Source of the DNA: Octopus sinensis
Taxonomy: Eukaryota
Assembly: GCF_006345805.1 (NCBI RefSeq)
Contig: NC_043004.1
Coordinates: 104,718,001-104,782,000 of the forward strand
DNA: 64,000 bases
Direction of reading: 5' to 3'
The notes below the pieces were generated by a model. That model was not told the origin of the DNA and ran no database searches. It saw nothing but the letters and a program-made list of their open reading frames with translations. This document shows, one piece after another, positions 12,578 to 24,760 of this stretch (the first letter of the stretch is position 1; the number at the start of each line of letters is the position of its first letter). The translations under genes and the position numbers were made by a program.

Positions 12578-14115
12578 CCCTGGTTCTCCTTTAAACGCGC
12601 CCGGAACCTACCGATCATTTGGTCCGTAGAACCCTCTTCTCTCCTCCCCAGCCCCACCCGGAACCTTCCCATGCTCCAGATCCCGCTGCTACACCTGCTC
12701 CTTCATCACCAACACTACCTCTCTCAACCGGTACACTCTTCGCATCACAAATTCCTTCTCTTGCACCTCTTCTAGCCTCGTATACAGTATTAGATGCAAC
12801 CTCTGTGGTAAACTATATGTAGGTCAGACGGGCTGCCGGTTGGTCGACCGGTTCACACCCGTCGGCCGTCACGTGCGCTTGGCCAACCACACCCTCTCCG
12901 TCTTTGGCCTCGCTCTGCACCACGGATCCACACACTAACGGCTCCGCCTGGAACAGCCTTATATTTTTAATCTTACGAACAACTGTCCCCTTCGAACTAA
13001 ACGCAACCCCTCCTCCTATTGATTGTCTCTACAACCTCCAGCAACAAAGCAACCTTACTTCATTTTCTCATTTTTTGTTTTTACTTGCGCCATTTTATAT
13101 TGTATTAACTTCTTCTCTATCCTCTTTCAACCTATTTTTTTTAGTATTTATTATATTTCTATTTCTATATACACACACACGTACATATATACATACACGA
13201 AAAAATACACGCACCCGTGCACAGACATGAACGCACATATACCTCCCACACACACTACACACATACAACACACCTACTTCCACACATACACACGCGCACA
13301 TACACACGCACACACTCGCGCGCACACACATGCATACACGCACGCACACACACATGCATACATACACACATACACACCCACATACACTTACGTGCACACA
13401 CATACATACGCGGACACACACACGTACACAAACGCAGTCACACACACATACACAGGCAAAGGAATGCACACATACCTAACCCACACAACCCCACGCACAC
13501 ACAGACACTCATACCTATACACACACACACGCACATATAAAAGTACACACGTACACACAACTACATACACAAGCACATACACGAAACAAAGCGAACACAT
13601 AACTCGACACATCTCCACGTTCATATACACATGTACACACGGATGCACATACACACATGCACACACACATATACACACGTAAATGTACATATATACACAC
13701 ACTTGCACATGTACGTACACATACCTCCCACATACACAACACACGCACATACAGACACGCACGCAATTACACACACATGGGCATAAACACACACGCGCAT
13801 ACACACACACATAAGTACACGCACACACATGAACGCACATATACCCCCACACAAACCTCACACACAACCTCACGCACACACAAACTCACATACACACATA
13901 CGCACATACACGTGCTATCATTACACACACCCTGACCTGCGCACAAACACATACCCACACATACCCACACATACCTCCTTTTCTTGCACTCTCCTGTTTC
14001 TTTACCCATTCTCTTCCGGTCATTTCGATATATGACCGCGTGTGTATCGTTGACGATTTTCTTTCTCTGTCTTCCCTTCTTTGGACTTTTCTATATTTCT
14101 GATGAAGAGTTCCGC
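12578..14115 (+). mobile_element. Penelope-like element 3' part (Neptune-like): Cys-rich linker and GIY-YIG endonuclease remnant, CA-rich spacer, terminal repeat
   Basis: ~12658-12858 translates PGTFPCSRSRCYTCSFITNTT..ITNSFSCTSSSLVYSIRCNLCGKLYVGQTGCRLVDRFT, followed by an EQ..IF..PFELN-like C-terminus near 12950-13000. Ends in family-H1 repeat with CTGATGAAGAG at 14099. Confidence 0.8.
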
Positions 14116-15004
14116 GCACACACACACACACGCACGGTTTTGAGTTTGATGGGTTTTTTTTGTTTTTTTTTTAATGTTCTCCAGTGTTACTATGGTATGA
14201 AGGAAGACTGTCGATTTCGTAGATGTTACTTTAAGTCTGTTGTGGAGACAGGTTACTAGGCGATTTAAGTAAAGCCGGAATACGTCAGCTGTGATCGACC
14301 GTGAGCATGATGTTATCTGCTTGTTTATTTTGCGGAAGTCGTGTGGATAAAAACAAAATTGTATTAATTCTTAATGTAGTGCTCAACATTTTTGTTACGA
14401 GTGGACAGCAAGAAATGATGTTAATATGATGACACTTAAAATGGTATTAGTTGGAGAGATTGATTGGTTTTTTTTCTGTCGTTTTTGGAAGTATAAAGTA
14501 TTCCCTGCGTTAGGTTTTTGAGTAAGGTACAGGTTGAGCGAAGTAGTTTGAATCCCTACAAAGATTTGGAGAGTGGAGGATAGATGGATTAATCAAGTAA
14601 GAGTATTAGTCATTTTGCAATTTCTGAAAATCTGTAAAAGAAAGCGATGGTTCTGTATGGTGAATATTTCTTTGGGTTTTTTTTTTTTTTCATTTGGATT
14701 TGTTATAAATTTGCTCAGTTCCTAAATTCTGGGAATTTGACAATGTTGAGATCCGTAGATGTAAACGCACGGTAATTCCTGCAGGCTCTAAGTACATGTT
14801 TGTGATTTTGTTCTTTTACTTGTTTCAAGCATTTGACAGGGGCCATGCTGGAGCGCCGCCCTTAGTCGAATAAATCGACCCCAGGACTTATTCTTTGTAA
14901 ACCTAGTACTTATCCTATCGGTCTCTTTTGCCGAACTGCTAATCCACGCAGACGTAAACATACCAACATCGGTTGTCAAGCGGTGGTGGGGGGACAAACA
15001 CAGG

Positions 15005-15091
<87 letters not shown>

Positions 15092-15742
15092 GACGGGCTT
15101 CTTTCAGTTTCCGTCTACCAATTCCACTCACAAGGCTTTGGTCAGCCCGAGGCTATAGTAGAAGACACTTGCAGTGCGACTGAACACGGAACATGTGGGA
15201 AGCAAGCTTCTTACCACACAGCCACGCTTGCGCCAAAGAAAACCACTCCATGTTTGTGATTTTGTGAGGTCCCGACACTTCTGAGATTTTTTAGATTTCG
15301 AGGTATGAGATTGAATGAAACCGGGTCAGATTTATGGTTTAGGTGGACGGTGCATATTTTTCGTTGGCTTTTCTTATTGTCTTCCCGTATGGTGGCTAGT
15401 GTTTGAGAAATGACTAATAGGGACGAATGCTTAGTCTACCAGTGAACGGATATTGCTTTAGGATGTTATTGTGACATGAGAAGTGGTGTTACCTTTGTTG
15501 TTGAGGCTGTTAATTCCTGAATATAGAGATTAGAACCTTTGCTTGTCCTACGAATCACAAGTGGGATCTATTCAATTTGGCTCACGGATTTTTTAATTAA
15601 TTTTTTTTAACTAAACTGTTTGAAACTTTGTTTACTGGTGGAGTTTCTCACGTAGAACCCGCGTGGCCTTTGCTGAACAGCTGATGTCGGATGCAGAAAG
15701 GGTACGGCTCTCGTCCGAGTTCATGATAAAGATTGTACCACC

Positions 15743-16861
15743 TTGGAAGAATTGGTGACGCGCATCCTCGATGATAGTGATGCTGTTGACATCGTTTTAT
15801 TGGACTTTGCCAAAGCTTTTGACTCGGTAAACCACCGCCTATTACTTGTCAAGCTTCAAGCATATAGTTTCCATCCGGATATTGTACGTTGGGTTGGTGC
15901 CTTCCTCTCAGATCGCTCCTTCCAAGTCCAAGTTAATGGTTCGCTGTCCGACGTCTCCAGTGCGAGCAGTGGCGTGCCTCAAGGTTCAGTGCTTGGGCGC
16001 TTATTGTTCTTAGTCTTCATAAATGACTTGCCCGACGACCTAACGCAACACACCCTTCTATTTGCCGACGATATCAAACTGGTCGCTCCTCGCGGTGACA
16101 TAGAGGATCTTCGTCGATGCCTCCACCAAATTTGGAAGTGGTCTAACGAATGGTACCTGTGTCTGAACGTGTCAAAGTGCTGTCATCTGCCTGTTGGCTC
16201 TCCTCCTGCAACTCAATTTGATTTCGAGCCGGGTCGTCTGCTGCTGGAGAGGACCGATCAGGTAAAGGACCTGGGTATCTTGGTGGATTCCTCCTTTTCG
16301 CCTTCGGCCCAGTGCATCCATGTTGCCAACAAAGCACGCGGAATTCTGTTCTTGATTCGACGGTCATTCAGAATGCTCACAGCAGCCATATTCCTACCAC
16401 TCTATGTCACGCTGGTGAGACCCATATTGGAGTACGGGATTCAAGTCTCTTCTCCTTATCTCCTCAAAGACATACAGCATCTCGAAAGAGTCCAGAAGCT
16501 GGCTACCCGCATGGTTCATGGTCTCAAAAATTTGTCCTATGAAGAAAGGCTGAGGACGCTCGACCTTTATTCTCTTGAAAAACGCCGCCGCCGTGGTGAT
16601 CTCATTCTCGCCCACAACATCATAAGCGGAAAGTGTAACCTCTCGAAAGAGCTGTTCTTCACTCCTGCTCCAGAGCGTCGGCTGCGGGGTCATTCCGAAA
16701 AGCTCTACCTGCGACGATTTCATCTCAATCGAAGGAGAGGAGCTTTCTCCGTCCGGGTTGCGGATCCGTGGAACAAGCTGCCAGACGAGATGGTGAAGAT
16801 GCCGACGACCGCTTTGTTCAAAGCCTCCCTTGACCTCAAGTGGCCTGAACTCTTTACATGA
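15743..16861 (+). CDS. CR1-type reverse transcriptase C-terminal half (no true start; 5'-truncated)
   Basis: LDFAKAFDSVNH, SGVPQGSVLG(R)LLF, LFADD, KDLGILVD, LVRPILEY, LEKRRRRGDLI, RLRGH, FSVRVADPWNKLP. Confidence 0.9.
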   Translation: MEELVTRILDDSDAVDIVLLDFAKAFDSVNHRLLLVKLQAYSFHPDIVRWVGAFLSDRSFQVQVNGSLSDVSSASSGVPQGSVLGRLLFLVFINDLPDDLTQHTLLFADDIKLVAPRGDIEDLRRCLHQIWKWSNEWYLCLNVSKCCHLPVGSPPATQFDFEPGRLLLERTDQVKDLGILVDSSFSPSAQCIHVANKARGILFLIRRSFRMLTAAIFLPLYVTLVRPILEYGIQVSSPYLLKDIQHLERVQKLATRMVHGLKNLSYEERLRTLDLYSLEKRRRRGDLILAHNIISGKCNLSKELFFTPAPERRLRGHSEKLYLRRFHLNRRRGAFSVRVADPWNKLPDEMVKMPTTALFKASLDLKWPELFT

Positions 16862-16947
16862 ACACCACCCTGTACTTAACTCCATGTCCCCCTACATGGC
16901 CTTGCTATTTGCTTTTGAGCCAAATTAACTAACTAACTAACTAACTA
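15745..16947 (+). mobile_element. 5'-truncated CR1-clade LINE with uninterrupted reading frame and (CTAA)n tail
   Basis: Short 3' UTR, then (taac)n at ~16926-16949; candidate TSD acctt at 15740-44 and 16948-52. Confidence 0.9.
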
Positions 16948-17969
16948 ACCTTCCTCTTTCCCCAAAGAAAAGAAGGTAGTTTTTGTCTGCGTAGTGACCA
17001 TACTGAAAGATGTGGTATGGAAGACGAGAATGAAAGGGGTTGTGACAGGCCAATTCATCTCCGGACGAGGGCTGGTGAACTACTTCGCCGCCCATCTTGC
17101 CAGCAAGATCCGTCTGGAGAGGAAGAACCTGCCGCAAAGGGTATTCGAGAAAAAATGGTCGGAAGTCGTAAGAAAGATGAGAAAGCAAGGAGCCGTGCTT
17201 GCGCGGCCGGTCCAAGCATAAAAGGAAAGAAAAGTCTTATAAAAGGGATAATCAGTCGGCGGGTTAACCCATTAACCCGGAAACCTACCCATCATATATC
17301 ATTTAAAAACTCCATCTGTTCATTTTAGTGTAAATAAATCCGCTTCCTCATTAGATTTTTGTGTAAACCTTTTTGGTTTAATAAAGAAAATCTCACGTAG
17401 AACCCGGTTTACTTTGAACATTTTGACAAAATTGTGTATTTTAGAAGTTACCTTGTTTTAAATGTGTTGTATTTGGGTAATTTTAACCAATCAATGACGT
17501 GTATTCAGTTGAAGAAAGTTACTGCTGTTTGCGATAGTAATCGAAGCGGAACAACTTCCGGGTCATCTCTACTAAATGTCATCACTCTGTTCTATTTCCT
17601 TTTTCGTTTACTGCCTGTGTTGCATATTACACGCATTTTTTTTGTTTCGTTTTTGGTTCTCGCGTCGGAGTAACCAGTAAACATTGAAGAATCAACACCA
17701 AGAAGGAACAAATATTATTTACATATATTTATTCGTTTCGCCCGACATCGGTGTTTTATCCACACACACAGCGCACTGGTGTTTAGGAGATCTAAAGCGC
17801 TTTGGGTTCGCAGCTAGCTTTTCTGCTGTTGACGTGTATGTAGTTTCAAAATGTTTTATTTTACAATTATGTGATGTATTGTTATTGTTATGACAACGAA
17901 CACATTTCGGCGGACCTGGCGCACTGTCACCCTCCCACCAAACTCACCTTTCCGATTTTTTTTTTCTTT

Positions 17970-19128
17970 TTTCACCGGGTTCCCATGTTTTCGACGACAG
18001 AGATTCCGAATGTACAAAAAACCAGGTTTTCAAAATTTTTGATTCCCCTCCCCACAAATTTTTTACTTTTTTTCAAAATTTTTTTCAATCTACGTGGAAA
18101 AATACGGCGATTAAGAATATGGGGGAAAAAAAAAACAAATTTTAATTTCAAAGTTTTAATGAAAAACTCCAGCATTTTGGAAGTATGTCTAAGTTTTTAT
18201 TATTCTGCAATTGAAGAACACAAACGTAGTTGCTGAGCCAGTGACTAAACTTGTAGTATTTTGTTGGGATTAATCCAATGAATTGACAACAAAGTAATTG
18301 CTTTTATCAGAATTGTTTACCTTTAAAGCGAAAAATCAAAACCGACGTATACGACAGGTATGTAAAATATATTTTGTGTGGCATCTTGGGCAAGTGTCTT
18401 CTGCTATAGCCCCGGGCCGACCAATGCCTTGTGAGTGGATTTGGTAGACGGAAACTGAAAGAAGCCTGTCGTATATATGTATATATATATATATATGTAT
18501 GTGTGTGTTTGTGTGTCTGTGTTTGTCCCCCTAGCATTGCTTGACAACCGATGCTGGTGTGTTTATGTCCCCGTCACTTAGCGGTTCGGCAAAAGAGACC
18601 GATAGAATAAGTACTGGGCTTATAAAGAATAAGTCCCGGGGTCGATTTGCTCGACTAAAGGCGGTGCTCCAGCATGGCCGCAGTCAAATGACTGAAACAA
18701 GTAAAAGAGTAAAAGAGTACTTCTTTTTCTGTTCTTCGGATAAGCTGTAGAAATTGTTGCGCGTGCACACACAAGCACAAAAATTCTTCAGACATTTAGC
18801 TGTTATTTTTAGCATTTCTAGTTTCGTGGTGAGTGCTTCATATGCCGTGGTCCTTTTGTTGTTTCACTATAAATCTACGTATGCGGAAACGGGCAAAACA
18901 GCCGTTCATTTTCGTTTTGAGATAGCGGGATGGGGTGTGGATCAATTTTGGAGATTTTCATAAAAAATTTGAAATTAAATTTTTTTTCCCCCATATTCTT
19001 AATCTCCGTAATTTTAACGACGTAGATTGAAAAAAAAATTCGGAGAAAAGTTTAAAATTAAAAATTTTGAAAACGTGGTATTTTGCATATTCGGAATCTC
19101 CGTCATCAAAATCATAAGAATCCGGTTG
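17970..19128. mobile_element. Non-autonomous DNA transposon/foldback with ~200-bp imperfect inverted repeats; SINE A inserted inside
   Basis: 17970-18170 matches the reverse complement of 18950-19128 (shared gagattccgaat, caatctacgt, gattaagaatatggggg). Confidence 0.7.
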
Positions 19129-20613
19129 AGTGAAAGGGGACTAGAGGAAAAAAGATGGGTATGTTGGCTGGATTACAGTTAAGAGCTTGTTAAGAGAAAG
19201 AGAGACTGTTAATGAAGTGGCATAGTAGGTGAAAAGAAGAGAGACTGCCTAGGGTTATAGATGATGTGTGTTGATGAGTGAGTCTTTGCCAATCAATTAA
19301 AAGGCCTCTTTGGATTCTTGTGTGACTGATTTTTCATCCAGGATGAGGGGACAGAATTGTATTATGAGTCTTACATGAGATTTATAGTGTCAGTAGTTGG
19401 TGGAAATTGAAGTACTTTGTGGCTTTAAAGAAAAGGGTTAGTTTTTAGCTAGGTTCTGCATGTCGGGTCGCCGAAAGGAAAACTTACCAGAGCTTATGAG
19501 TACTATCATTTGTTGCAAATTCAGTCGTTTTAATTTCGTGTGTTTAAGACTAGCGAAGGTGAGATTCATCGTGGTTTCATTGATATAAGCAATGGTTGTG
19601 TCTTTGTGCGCTTGAAAGAGATAATAATGTGTCACCACAAGACATCCTCACTACAACACAACCTCAGTTGAATACATCCTCACTAGAACACATCCTTACA
19701 TATTTTGACTCCATCGGTTCTCAAAATATGTATGCTAACATGCATGCATGTATGCATACATACAGGCTCATTTCAGTTTCCATTTACCAAATTCATTCAT
19801 ACTGCTTTGTCGGCTCGTGGCTAGAGCAAAAGATACTTGTCCAAGGTGCCACGCAGTGGTACTGAACCCAGAACCATGTGGTTGGGAAGCAACCAGCACC
19901 TACTAACCACACTGTCACAAACTACATCATCACCAACAGCTGTAACATTCCAAGATGCATAAAAAAAGACAGGTTGGCCCTGGTTGGAACATCTTTCATT
20001 GTAGGCGCAGGAGTAGCTGAGTGGTAAGAAATTTGCTTCCCAACCACATGGTTCCGGGTCTGATCCCACTGCGCGCCACCTTGGGCAAGTGCTTTCTACT
20101 GTTGCCTCGGGCCGACCAAAGCCTTGTGAATGGATTTGGTAGAAGGAAACTGAAAGAAGCCCGTCATATATGTGCATGTGTGTGTGTGTGTGGTGTATGT
20201 GTGTGTGTGCGTGTGTTTCTCACCCACCCCCCAACCGCTTGACAACCGATACTGCTGTGTTTATGTCCCCATAACTTATCGGTTCGGCAAAAAAGAGAGC
20301 AATAGAATAAGTACCAGGCTTTAAAAAAATAGTTCTGGGGTCGATTCATGCAACTAAAGTTCTCCGAGCTGGTGCACCAGTATGGTCGCAATCTAATGAC
20401 TGAAACAAGTGAAAGATAAAAGATAGCTCCGCCTAAAACCAATTGCTAAACAGCAAACAAGTATCGAGACTGCATGCTTACAAGGATATCATTACAAGCT
20501 CAAAATCCTGTCACGACCAAAAATCTGCATCGAAATAATGAAAGCTAGAATTTTTTTTTTTCAATTAATGTACCCACCGCTAATGTTGTAAATGACTGCA
20601 AGCCAGACTTTAG

Positions 20614-20648
<35 letters not shown>

Positions 20649-21161
20649 GAGCGGGAAGTGAAATAAGACACTGATAAGAGATTAGCTGTAGTGGTGGTGG
20701 TGGTGGTGGCGGCAATGGTGGTGGTGGCGGCAATGGTGGTGTTGGCGGCGGCGTTGGCAGTGACTGGCCAGAAATCTGTTTTAGTTCCTGTTTCTGTTTA
20801 CGAGTAGATTCTTATTCAGAGGAATGTGTTTGCTTTGTTAAATCCTGTTGATAAGACGTCAGCTGACTACTGACAATGTCTGTGTATGCACTGAATTGCA
20901 TATATGCATCTATGCATATATATATAATATATGCATACTCTCTCTTTCTCTTTTCTCTCTTTTACTTGTTTCAGTCATTTGACTGCGGCCATGCTGGAGC
21001 AACGCCTTTAATCGAGCAACTCGAGCCCGGGACTTATTCTTTTTGTAAGCCCAGTACTTATTCTATCGGTCTCTTTTGCCGAATCGCTAAGTAACGGGGA
21101 CATAAATACACCAGCATCGGTTGTCAAGCAATGCTAGGGACACACACACACTGATAACACA

Positions 21162-21224
<63 letters not shown>

Positions 21225-21804
21225 ATATATAAATATATATACATATATACGACGGGCTTCTTTCAGTTTCCGTCTACCGAATCCACTCACAAGGCATTGG
21301 TCGGCCCGAGGCTATAGTAGAAGACGCTTGCCCAAGGTGCCACGCAGTGGGACTGAACCCGGAACCATGTGGTTGGTAAAAAGCTACTTACCATACAGCC
21401 ACTCCTACACATTATTTATATTATGCATATATATATATATATATAAAACTTACTTGGAAAAGGATGTGTGGCGTTCGATCATATAATAATATAAATAATA
21501 TATAAATATATGCATATATACATACATATATGTACATGCCTACATCTATACGTATATATACATGCATATATGGGTATTTGCATGTATATATACATATAGA
21601 TGTAGGTATGTACATATATGTATGTATATATGCATATATTTATATTATATATATATATTATATATAATTTATATTATATATATTATATATATATATAGTT
21701 AATACCCCCCCCCCCAAAAAAAAAAAACGAAGAAGAAAAACAAGAAAAAAGAACACTTGGAACATGCAAAGTATTAAGAGGGGTTCTGGGAAGGAAAGAA
21801 AGGG

Positions 21805-21841
21805 TGTTTTATTTTTCGAGCAAAGCTCTTCTTCAGAAACA
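21805..21841 (-). ncRNA. Minimal type-I hammerhead-like motif, family H1
   Basis: Minus strand: TGTTT CTGAAGA A GAGC TTT GCTC GAA AAAT A AAACA. Core intact; stem III mutated. Confidence 0.65.
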
Positions 21842-22018
21842 GGGGCCAGAGGAATGTCAAAGAGAAAAGCAAGACGGAGGGAAAAACAATAGACATGTAG
21901 TTACATTTTGGAATGACTGGAAGAGAATGGACGAAATAAAAGTTCTTTCGAAGACAGGAGAGTGTAAGCGAGAATGGGGTATCTGTGTGTATGTGCGTGT
22001 GTGTGTGTGTGTAATAGC

Positions 22019-22049
<31 letters not shown>

Positions 22050-22488
22050 TGCGAGTGTGTTGTGTGTGGTATTAACTGTTTATATGTGTATGTGTGTATA
22101 TGTATGTTGTGTGTGTGGTGTGTGTGCGTGCGTTCGTGTGTGTATGTGCGAGTGTATTTACGTGTGTGTGTATGTGTGCGTCTGTGTGTATGTGCATGTG
22201 TGTAAGTCCGTGTGTGTATGCACGTCTGCGTATATTTGTGTGTGTGTGTGTGTGCATGTATATGCGTGTGTGTGTGTGTGTGTGTGTAAATGTGTCTGTG
22301 CATGTGAGTCTGTGCGAGTGAGTGTATTTGTGCATGTGTTTCGAATTGGTGTTTGCATTTGGCAAAACGATCCCTCCAAGATATAGCAACACACACACAC
22401 ATACACGCATACACACATGACTCACTCATAGCACTAAAAGTCGAGACCATGATTTCGCAATCATTAGGGTTACACCCAACCGCATATA

Positions 22489-22536
<48 letters not shown>

Positions 22537-22542
<6 letters not shown>

Positions 22543-23010
22543 TATTAGAGACAAAACCACTATTTTGCAAAACAAACAAGGAAAGACTTAATCAAATTCC
22601 TTTCTAGAAGGAATAGGAATATCTTCAAAGATGAATCCCAAAACAGCGGTTCTATCTTACCTGTAAAATCCATTAATTTACGAAATTGAGGTATTACACT
22701 CATATACAAAATTATCAATATTATATATAATAATAAATATTAGGGAATAAATCCAAATTTAGAGGGAAAAAATCAGATTTAGGATTAAATCCAATTTTAT
22801 AGTAAAATATTATAAAATATTATTAGAGACAAAACCACTATTTTGCAAAACAAACAAGGAAAGACTTCTTAATCAAATTCCTTTCTAGAAGGAATAGGAA
22901 TATCTTTCAAAGATGATCCCAAAACAGCGGTTCTACTTACTGTAAAATCCATAATTTACGAATTGAGGTATTACACTCATCAATATACAAAATTATCAAT
23001 ATTATATAAA
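22537..23010. repeat. ~280-bp direct tandem duplication (about 1.7 units) embedded in (TA)n
   Basis: aaaatattattagagacaaaaccactattttgc begins at ~22537 and again at ~22815. Confidence 0.85.
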
Positions 23011-23189
23011 TAATATATATATATATATATTATATATATATATATATAATATATATATATATATATCACGTGATCACGTGACCGACCAGACCATCAGATG
23101 TTGCTACACATTGTTGGTCACATGCTTTAGCCTTCGAATGACGCCACCCCGCTGGCTAAGCGAGCAGGCCAATATATATATATATATAT

Positions 23190-23535
23190 CGTTTTTGGAT
23201 TTGGTTTGCAAGATTCTTTATATGAGTTCGTGTGTTGAAGCATATTCTGTTGTGTCTGGGGAGAGCCATTTTCTTTTTTGTGCCTTATAATGTAACACAT
23301 TCACCGGTAAAATTTCCACTTATTTCTTATTTTCATTTTCCTAAAATTTTCGTTGCGTCTTGCAACATTTTCAATAATCAAGACAATTGAAAAAGTCAAG
23401 ACTCTTGAAAAGGTTGCAAGACGCAACAAAAATTTTAGGAAAATAAAAATAAGAAATAAGTGGAAATTTTACCGGTGTGTGTAGTACATTTTATGCACAA
23501 AAAGAAAATGGCTCTCCCCAGACACAACAGAATAT
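23190..23535. mobile_element. Asymmetric fold-back element family P (copy 1), ~130-bp arms, in (TA)n
   Basis: 23242-23374 is the reverse complement of ~23405-23535; same family as 39587-39919. Confidence 0.85.
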
Positions 23536-23536
23536 A

Positions 23537-23592
<56 letters not shown>

Positions 23593-23807
23593 TAATTTTT
23601 TCATCCTTTAACTATTACAGTCATTGGAATGCGGCCAAGCTGGGGCACCGTTTCACCCGCTGTACTGACTCTTAAGCATTGTATTTATTCTTTCTGCCGA
23701 ACTGCTAAATCAACGTAACAAACAAACACCGGTTGTCAAGTGGTGGAGGGGTGAAAATAAAAAGGTACACACAGATACACACATATGCACGACAGGCTTC
23801 GACGCAG

Positions 23808-24030
23808 CGAGCTGGCAGAATCGTTAGCACGCCGGGCGAAATGCTTAGCCGTATTTCGTCTGCCGCTACGTTCTGAGTTCAAATTCCGCCGCGGCCGACT
23901 TTGCCTTTCATCCTTTCGGGGTCGATTAAATAAGTACTAGTTGCGCACTGGGGTCGATATATCCGACTTTCCGTTTGTCTGTCCTTGTTTGTCCTCTCTG
24001 TGTTTAGCCCCTTGTGGGTAGTAAAGAAAT
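23808..24030 (+). mobile_element. SINE family B inserted into a SINE A copy, 14-bp TSD
   Basis: TSD aggcttcgacgcag at 23794-23807 and 24031-24044. Confidence 0.92.
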
Positions 24031-24704
24031 AGGCTTCGACGCAGTTTCCACCTACCAAATCCACTCACAAGGTTTTGGTCGACCTAGAGCTGCAGTAGAA
24101 GGCACTTGCTGAATGTGCCACGGAACCACGTGATTGGGAAGCAAGCTTGTCACTACACCTCCATGCCTGCGTCTCTCCCTCTCCTCTCTCTCTCTCCCTC
24201 TCTCTGACTCTCTCTTTCTCTCTCTCTCTCCCTCTTTCTCTCTACATACATATTATTGGCTGCACACACTGTATGTGCTTCGTTTGTTCGCCGGCACGCT
24301 GCAGTATAAGCGCTTTGGAAACTACTCCTTCATAGTACCGGGTGTTAAAACGCATGAAAGTCGTAGGCAGACGAGACGACTCGCCTTCAGTCCCATCCGG
24401 AAGCGATGGATATCGATATGATGAGCGCATTTAATAAGCTGGCCGTAGATACACTGTTTCTGGAGAAAAATAATAACCATGATAAAAATAAAAGTTGAGG
24501 TAGTCATAAAGTAAGTCTGCATTCATAGATAAATATAATTTTATCAGATGCTATACAATATAAAATTATATTAAAATTATTTTCCTCTATTGAGGATGTG
24601 TCATAATTACGAAAGAGCATTTAAGACTAGCTCCATATAAGAAAAAGAGATAATCACAAGAAATCATTAAAGAAAAAGACGGGCTCTTTGTCAAGAGATA
24701 AGTG

Positions 24705-24760
24705 GACAGCCGTGGACGTATGTTTCTGCCTGAATAGGCGTCATCAGCGCGGTATTTGTC
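24705..24760 (-). ncRNA. Type-I hammerhead ribozyme fold with canonical core, GUC site and bulged stem I
   Basis: Minus strand: GACA AATA CCGCG CTGATGA C GCCT ATTC AGGC A GAA AC ATAC GT C CACGG C TGTC. Confidence 0.75.

Larger units (their letters stand above)
15662..17390 (+). mobile_element. 5'-truncated Tx1/L1-like LINE with 16-bp TSD, interrupted by a CR1 insertion
   Basis: TSD tctcacgtagaacccg at 15646-15661 and 17391-17406; aataaa plus gaaaa just before the 3' TSD. Peptide WAFAEQLMSDAERVRLSSEFMIKIVPP continues after the CR1 as PSSFPKEKKVVFVCVVTILKDVVWKTRMKG (ORF 16994-17221). Confidence 0.85.
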
